NCBI GenBank assembly: GCA_021498095.1
Contig: JAIZWK010000001.1
Coordinates: forward strand, 3,630,001-3,662,000
DNA length: 32,000 bases
DNA from: Candidatus Harpocratesius repetitus
GTDB lineage: Archaea > Asgardarchaeota > Lokiarchaeia > Sigyniarchaeales > Promethearchaeaceae
Direction: 5' to 3'
Shown: in pieces, positions 28,257 through 32,000 of the stretch
How positions within the stretch are numbered: position 1 is the stretch's first letter
Layout of the letters: every line of letters starts with the position of its first letter
Position numbers and translations under genes: made by a program
The notes under the pieces: model-generated
Told to the model about the DNA's origin: nothing
Seen by the model: only the letters and a program-made list of their open reading frames with translations
The model's database searches: none

Positions 28257-29165
28257 CTATTTTCGTTCGCGTAAGATGGGAATCTCTAAAGAACAATCAA
28301 CACATTCTAAAATACCAATTCGCACTAAAAAATGTTGTATACTCAAACACATTTCGGAGTCAAAATCTTCATACAAAGCACGATTGGTGCGTTTTGCCTT
28401 AATTAATGATTGATATTGAGTAAAAAATTTTTCCAGACATTTTTCTGATTCTTCATCTAAATGATCTTGAACCATATGAGCTCTAAAAAGCACAAAAAAG
28501 ATTAAATCGAATCGAGTCACGACACTCATTTCAATTTCCAGCCCTTGAATTAATATTCGATCAATTTTTCCTAAGTTTTCTTCTCCAAACATTGAGAGGG
28601 CGGAGATAAATTGAGAAATTAAATCCATATTCAAAGATTTATCAATCTGAATACTATATAATATATCCCCACCAACTCGTGAAATTCCAATAGCCAATAT
28701 ATATTTTCGAAGTAAGTTTTCAACTAATTCATTCCGACAAAATTTAGGCGCAATGGTACCTCGAATGGAAGAAGAATCTGGTAAGGCAGTAGTATTTTGA
28801 GGGGAATGGGATGAATTTTGTGATGATTTTTTTTGTAAAATTTGTTGATCATTTTGTTGTGAAATTTGTGATAAAGGTAAATGAAAAAGATTTGATAAAA
28901 ACGTAGATCTAAGACCATTTATACTAAATAATTGATTTTGAATGTATGTTTTTGATTGTGGAAGATAAAGAACCGGGGGATAGATTTTACATGGTTGTTT
29001 CTGACAATGAACATTAATATATAATGGATCTTGAATAATTTGCATAAGAATGGCAGGATCTTCTAAAGATTTTTCTTTAAATGGTATTGTATGTGATTGT
29101 AACCATTGTTTTAATTCGGAGCACCGATGACAATTTGATTTGGTATATAACACCACGGTTGCCAT
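28257..29165 (-). CDS. Glutaredoxin-like domain fused to a longin-like domain
   Basis: N-terminus 'VVLYTKSNCHRCSELKQWLQSHTIPFKEKSL'. Q/S-rich linker. C-terminus 'GGDILYS...DLISQFISALSMFGEE...EKCLEKFFTQY...LYEDFD'. Likely ATG 29165. Confidence 0.75.
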   Translation of the reverse strand: MATVVLYTKSNCHRCSELKQWLQSHTIPFKEKSLEDPAILMQIIQDPLYINVHCQKQPCKIYPPVLYLPQSKTYIQNQLFSINGLRSTFLSNLFHLPLSQISQQNDQQILQKKSSQNSSHSPQNTTALPDSSSIRGTIAPKFCRNELVENLLRKYILAIGISRVGGDILYSIQIDKSLNMDLISQFISALSMFGEENLGKIDRILIQGLEIEMSVVTRFDLIFFVLFRAHMVQDHLDEESEKCLEKFFTQYQSLIKAKRTNRALYEDFDSEMCLSIQHFLVRIGILECVDCSLEIPILRERK

Positions 29166-29212
29166 TCCATTCCCCACACCATTAAAGAAATTCCACCTAT
29201 TTAATACTTAAT

Positions 29213-30061
29213 TTATTCTTTTTGTACGTAACTGAGCAATTCTTTTCGAATATTATTAAAAGCTAAACTTGTGCGATCGCGTGGATGAGCTAGATCAATT
29301 CGAACTTCTCGGGTTATACTTGCAGGATTTGAGCTTAATACAATTACCCTTTTACTCAAAAAGGTTGCCTCATCTATATTGTGAGTAACAAAAACGATCG
29401 TTAGATTTTGTTTCTTCCATATATCAAGAAGATCTCTCTGCAGGGCATTTCGAGTTTGTGAATCAAGTGCTGAAAAGGGTTCATCCATAACAATAAGATT
29501 GCTAGTAGGATTAATTGCAATAGCCCGACAGATGGCAATTTTTTGTTGCATTCCTCCAGAAATCTCTTTTGGTAAATAATCTTTATATTCTCGCATCCCA
29601 ACTAAATCTAATAACCGTGAAACAACAACATCTTGCTCTTTTTTGGGAATATTTTTAATATTCAAACCAAACCGAATATTTTGTTCAATAGTCAACCACG
29701 GAAATAAGGAAAACTCTTGTGGAATATAACCGACTTTTCCTAAACTATTTAAGGATTTATACTGTCTCTGTCTATTTTCCAAAGAATTTTTTTGCGTAGA
29801 TTTATTTGGATTAAGTGAATATTGATTATATTCAGAAGATTCAGAAGAATTGGAAAGATATAAGATTTTTCCGTCAAATTTCTGATCAAATCCTGCCAGA
29901 ATTCGTAATAAAGTGGTTTTCCCACAACCACTTGGACCAATTATTGAAAGAAAATCCTGATCTTCGATTTTAAACAGAATATTTTTTAATACCAGGTTTT
30001 CTGAATGATTTGGTCGAGAGAAGGATTTCGATTTAATATCTATTGTAAACATTTTGAACAC
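29213..30061 (-). CDS. ABC ATPase, nitrate/sulfonate/taurine (SsuB/TauB/NrtD) type
   Basis: GPSGCGKT, PQEFSLFPWLT, ISGGMQQK, MDEPFSALD, VTHNIDEA. Confidence 0.95.
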   Translation of the reverse strand: MFKMFTIDIKSKSFSRPNHSENLVLKNILFKIEDQDFLSIIGPSGCGKTTLLRILAGFDQKFDGKILYLSNSSESSEYNQYSLNPNKSTQKNSLENRQRQYKSLNSLGKVGYIPQEFSLFPWLTIEQNIRFGLNIKNIPKKEQDVVVSRLLDLVGMREYKDYLPKEISGGMQQKIAICRAIAINPTSNLIVMDEPFSALDSQTRNALQRDLLDIWKKQNLTIVFVTHNIDEATFLSKRVIVLSSNPASITREVRIDLAHPRDRTSLAFNNIRKELLSYVQKE

Positions 30062-30066
30062 ACAGG

Positions 30067-30870
30067 TTAGTTTTCTGAATTATATTTCCAAGCCAATGAA
30101 TACTTCTCAATTAAAAAAAAGATAAAATTGATCAACAAACCCACAATAGCAATCATAAGCATACCTGCAACCATATGTGAGTAATAACCAATATTTTTCA
30201 TATAATTTATAAAATAACCAATACCTGCACCAGATATACCCATCATTTCAGCAGCAATCACACACATCCAACCAACACCTACAGCAACTTTTGTACCTGT
30301 TAGCATATTGGGAGTTATTGAAGGAAGAATTACATTCCAAATAACTTGAATTTTATTTGCTCCTAAAGATCGTGCAACATCTTGATAAACAACATTACTT
30401 TGTCTTACTCCATCATATACATTTTGAAAAAGTGGAAAAAACGCACCGATAAAAATAATAAATGCATTAGAAGTAGTTGTTAATCCAAAAGTAATGATCG
30501 CAAAAGGGATCCATGCAATTGGAGGAATAGGGCGAATCATCTCAATAATTGGTTGAAAAATATGATCTAAAAATGGTGTGAGTGCCAAAACAATTCCAAG
30601 TGGAACTGCAATAATCCAAGCATAAAAAACACCAATAAATACTCGAATAAGACTTGCAATTACATGAGTTAGAAGAGTTTGGCCATCTATTGGAGTATAA
30701 AGCAAAAGAAAGAATGATTTGAACGCTTCATGAGGATATGGAACAACTCGTGTTCCTTGAGTAAATAATTGAAGAATAATAACAAAGAAATACCATGAAG
30801 CAATAAATATTACGAATCCTGCGATATAATATAAAATAATCTTGAATTTACTACGATTTTTTAGTTTCAT
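30067..30870 (-). CDS. ABC permease, SsuC/TauC type
   Basis: 'IRPIPPIAWIP', EAA-like loop 'DVARSLGANK.Q....VILPS', 'GWMCVIAAEM'. Confidence 0.95.
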   Translation of the reverse strand: MKLKNRSKFKIILYYIAGFVIFIASWYFFVIILQLFTQGTRVVPYPHEAFKSFFLLLYTPIDGQTLLTHVIASLIRVFIGVFYAWIIAVPLGIVLALTPFLDHIFQPIIEMIRPIPPIAWIPFAIITFGLTTTSNAFIIFIGAFFPLFQNVYDGVRQSNVVYQDVARSLGANKIQVIWNVILPSITPNMLTGTKVAVGVGWMCVIAAEMMGISGAGIGYFINYMKNIGYYSHMVAGMLMIAIVGLLINFIFFLIEKYSLAWKYNSEN

Positions 30871-30886
30871 TCCTTAAAACTTCCAG

Positions 30887-31528
30887 TTATTTTTCATTCG
30901 TTTTATCGTTTTGTGTGATTATCATATAAAAACTTTCGTTTCGAAGCGAGATTTGGCAATGACAATTAATTGGGGGTTTCTCCAGCACAGTTTTAAAATA
31001 TTCACTCCAATAAATTCCATATGTTTTTTGATTAAAATGATAAAAAAACGTTATTTCAAATTTCTTTGCATAAAATTCATCCGATTCGGTTTCATCTTGT
31101 GCTTTTATCTGAACCTTCCAAAAATAATTTCCTGCAATCCATATTTGCTTAATCGCGATAAGGATCTCATAAAGAGTTAAGCGATTAATCGGTCTATTAT
31201 CATAAAACCATTCAATTAGTTCAATACAATTGTTGTTTTCTTGAGGTTCAGTTGGAATCTTATCGATATAGGAAAGAAAAGTAGTTCGTCCTACAGCTAA
31301 CATATTGAAATCTGATCGCATTAAGTGCCAAAGTTGATATTCATCTAAATTACTTTTTTTTAAATCATCTAGCATATGTACACGAATTTTTAAGAGTTTT
31401 AAAGCTTCTTCAATAACATTTGAAATTGTACCGTACTGAAGAGCCAATTGTTTTAGTGCTTCATAAGTCGAATCGGAAACAGTTGTATGAAGATGTTTTT
31501 TTTTTATAGAATTTGTGGATGATGGCAT
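30887..31528 (-). CDS. Ribbon-helix-helix DNA-binding protein with uncharacterised C-terminal domain
   Basis: 'HLHTTVSDSTYEALKQLA..YGTISNVIEEALKLL' fits a beta-helix-helix RHH. First gene of the ABC operon. Confidence 0.6.
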   Translation of the reverse strand: MPSSTNSIKKKHLHTTVSDSTYEALKQLALQYGTISNVIEEALKLLKIRVHMLDDLKKSNLDEYQLWHLMRSDFNMLAVGRTTFLSYIDKIPTEPQENNNCIELIEWFYDNRPINRLTLYEILIAIKQIWIAGNYFWKVQIKAQDETESDEFYAKKFEITFFYHFNQKTYGIYWSEYFKTVLEKPPINCHCQISLRNESFYMIITQNDKTNEK

Positions 31529-31660
31529 ATTAATCGATATAATTTCAAATTATTTTCAAGAATATATAACATTTTTGTTTTTCATGTATTTATGTGAACA
31601 CAATGGTTCAAATATGCTCAACACCATCATTATTATATCGAAAAAAAGAAGTGTTTTAAA

Positions 31661-32000
31661 ATGATTTCACGAAAAAGTATGGTTTTTCTCATCTTGGGAA
31701 TCGTAATGGTTGCAGGAATTGGCATCGGAATTTACTATTATGATCAAAACAATGCCGATGTGCGTATTGGTTATTTAGAAGGAGATCTTCACCAACTTGC
31801 TTTTTATGTTGCGCGCGAACAAGGATTGTATCAGCAAGAAAATATCAAAATTCAAAGCGTTGCATTTAGTAATGGTGGGGATGTAATGACTGCATTTGAA
31901 GCATCTAACCGTGGCATTGACATGGCGTATTTTGGTTTCGCACCTGCACTTTTTCATCGATTTACAAATCAAGCAGCAAATATTACCATTTTGGCTGGTG
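31661..32000 (+). CDS. ABC substrate-binding protein, NMT1/SsuA/NrtA-like (partial, runs off the window)
   Basis: Not in the ORF track. Translates MISRKSMVFLILGIVMVAGIGIGIYYYDQNNADVRIGYLEGDLHQLAFYVAREQGLY...FSNGGDVMTAF...IDMAYFGFAPA. N-terminal TM anchor. Confidence 0.9.
   Translation, partial: MISRKSMVFLILGIVMVAGIGIGIYYYDQNNADVRIGYLEGDLHQLAFYVAREQGLYQQENIKIQSVAFSNGGDVMTAFEASNRGIDMAYFGFAPALFHRFTNQAANITILAG

Noticed and set aside
27927-28257. Integrative element attached at tRNA-Val
   Set aside because: No duplicated tRNA 3' end and no integrase in the window.

Overview
AT-rich, gene-dense archaeal DNA, most likely from an Asgard archaeon (Lokiarchaeia-like). It encodes an Asgard-type profilin, three longin-like proteins, an EMC3/TMCO1-like insertase, a reductive-dehalogenase-like Fe-S protein, an archaeal-type PGK and an intron-containing tRNA-Val(GAC). 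Other genes are metabolic (radical SAM, GH57, aminotransferase, MaoC pair, bacterial-type GAPDH, two ABC systems) or accessory (AAA+/DUF4143 ATPase, GNAT, MazEF, NifU plus a decayed partial duplicate). The main unexplained structure is a family of eight non-coding ~100-bp intergenic 'arms'. They align without gaps and share motifs at fixed spacing (TGAGG-like outer end, CCGAC 35 bp before an inner GTCGA). They occur mostly as inverted pairs: two short MITE-like elements, one pair enclosing two passenger genes, and one copy cut at its TCGAC motif where a mazEF module begins. Other candidates are two paralogous tail-anchored coiled-coil proteins with synaptobrevin-like C-termini, a TrmB-like protein split by a long 11-residue-periodic helical insert, and a glutaredoxin-longin fusion. 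All alignments and identities were counted by hand. No database searches were run.
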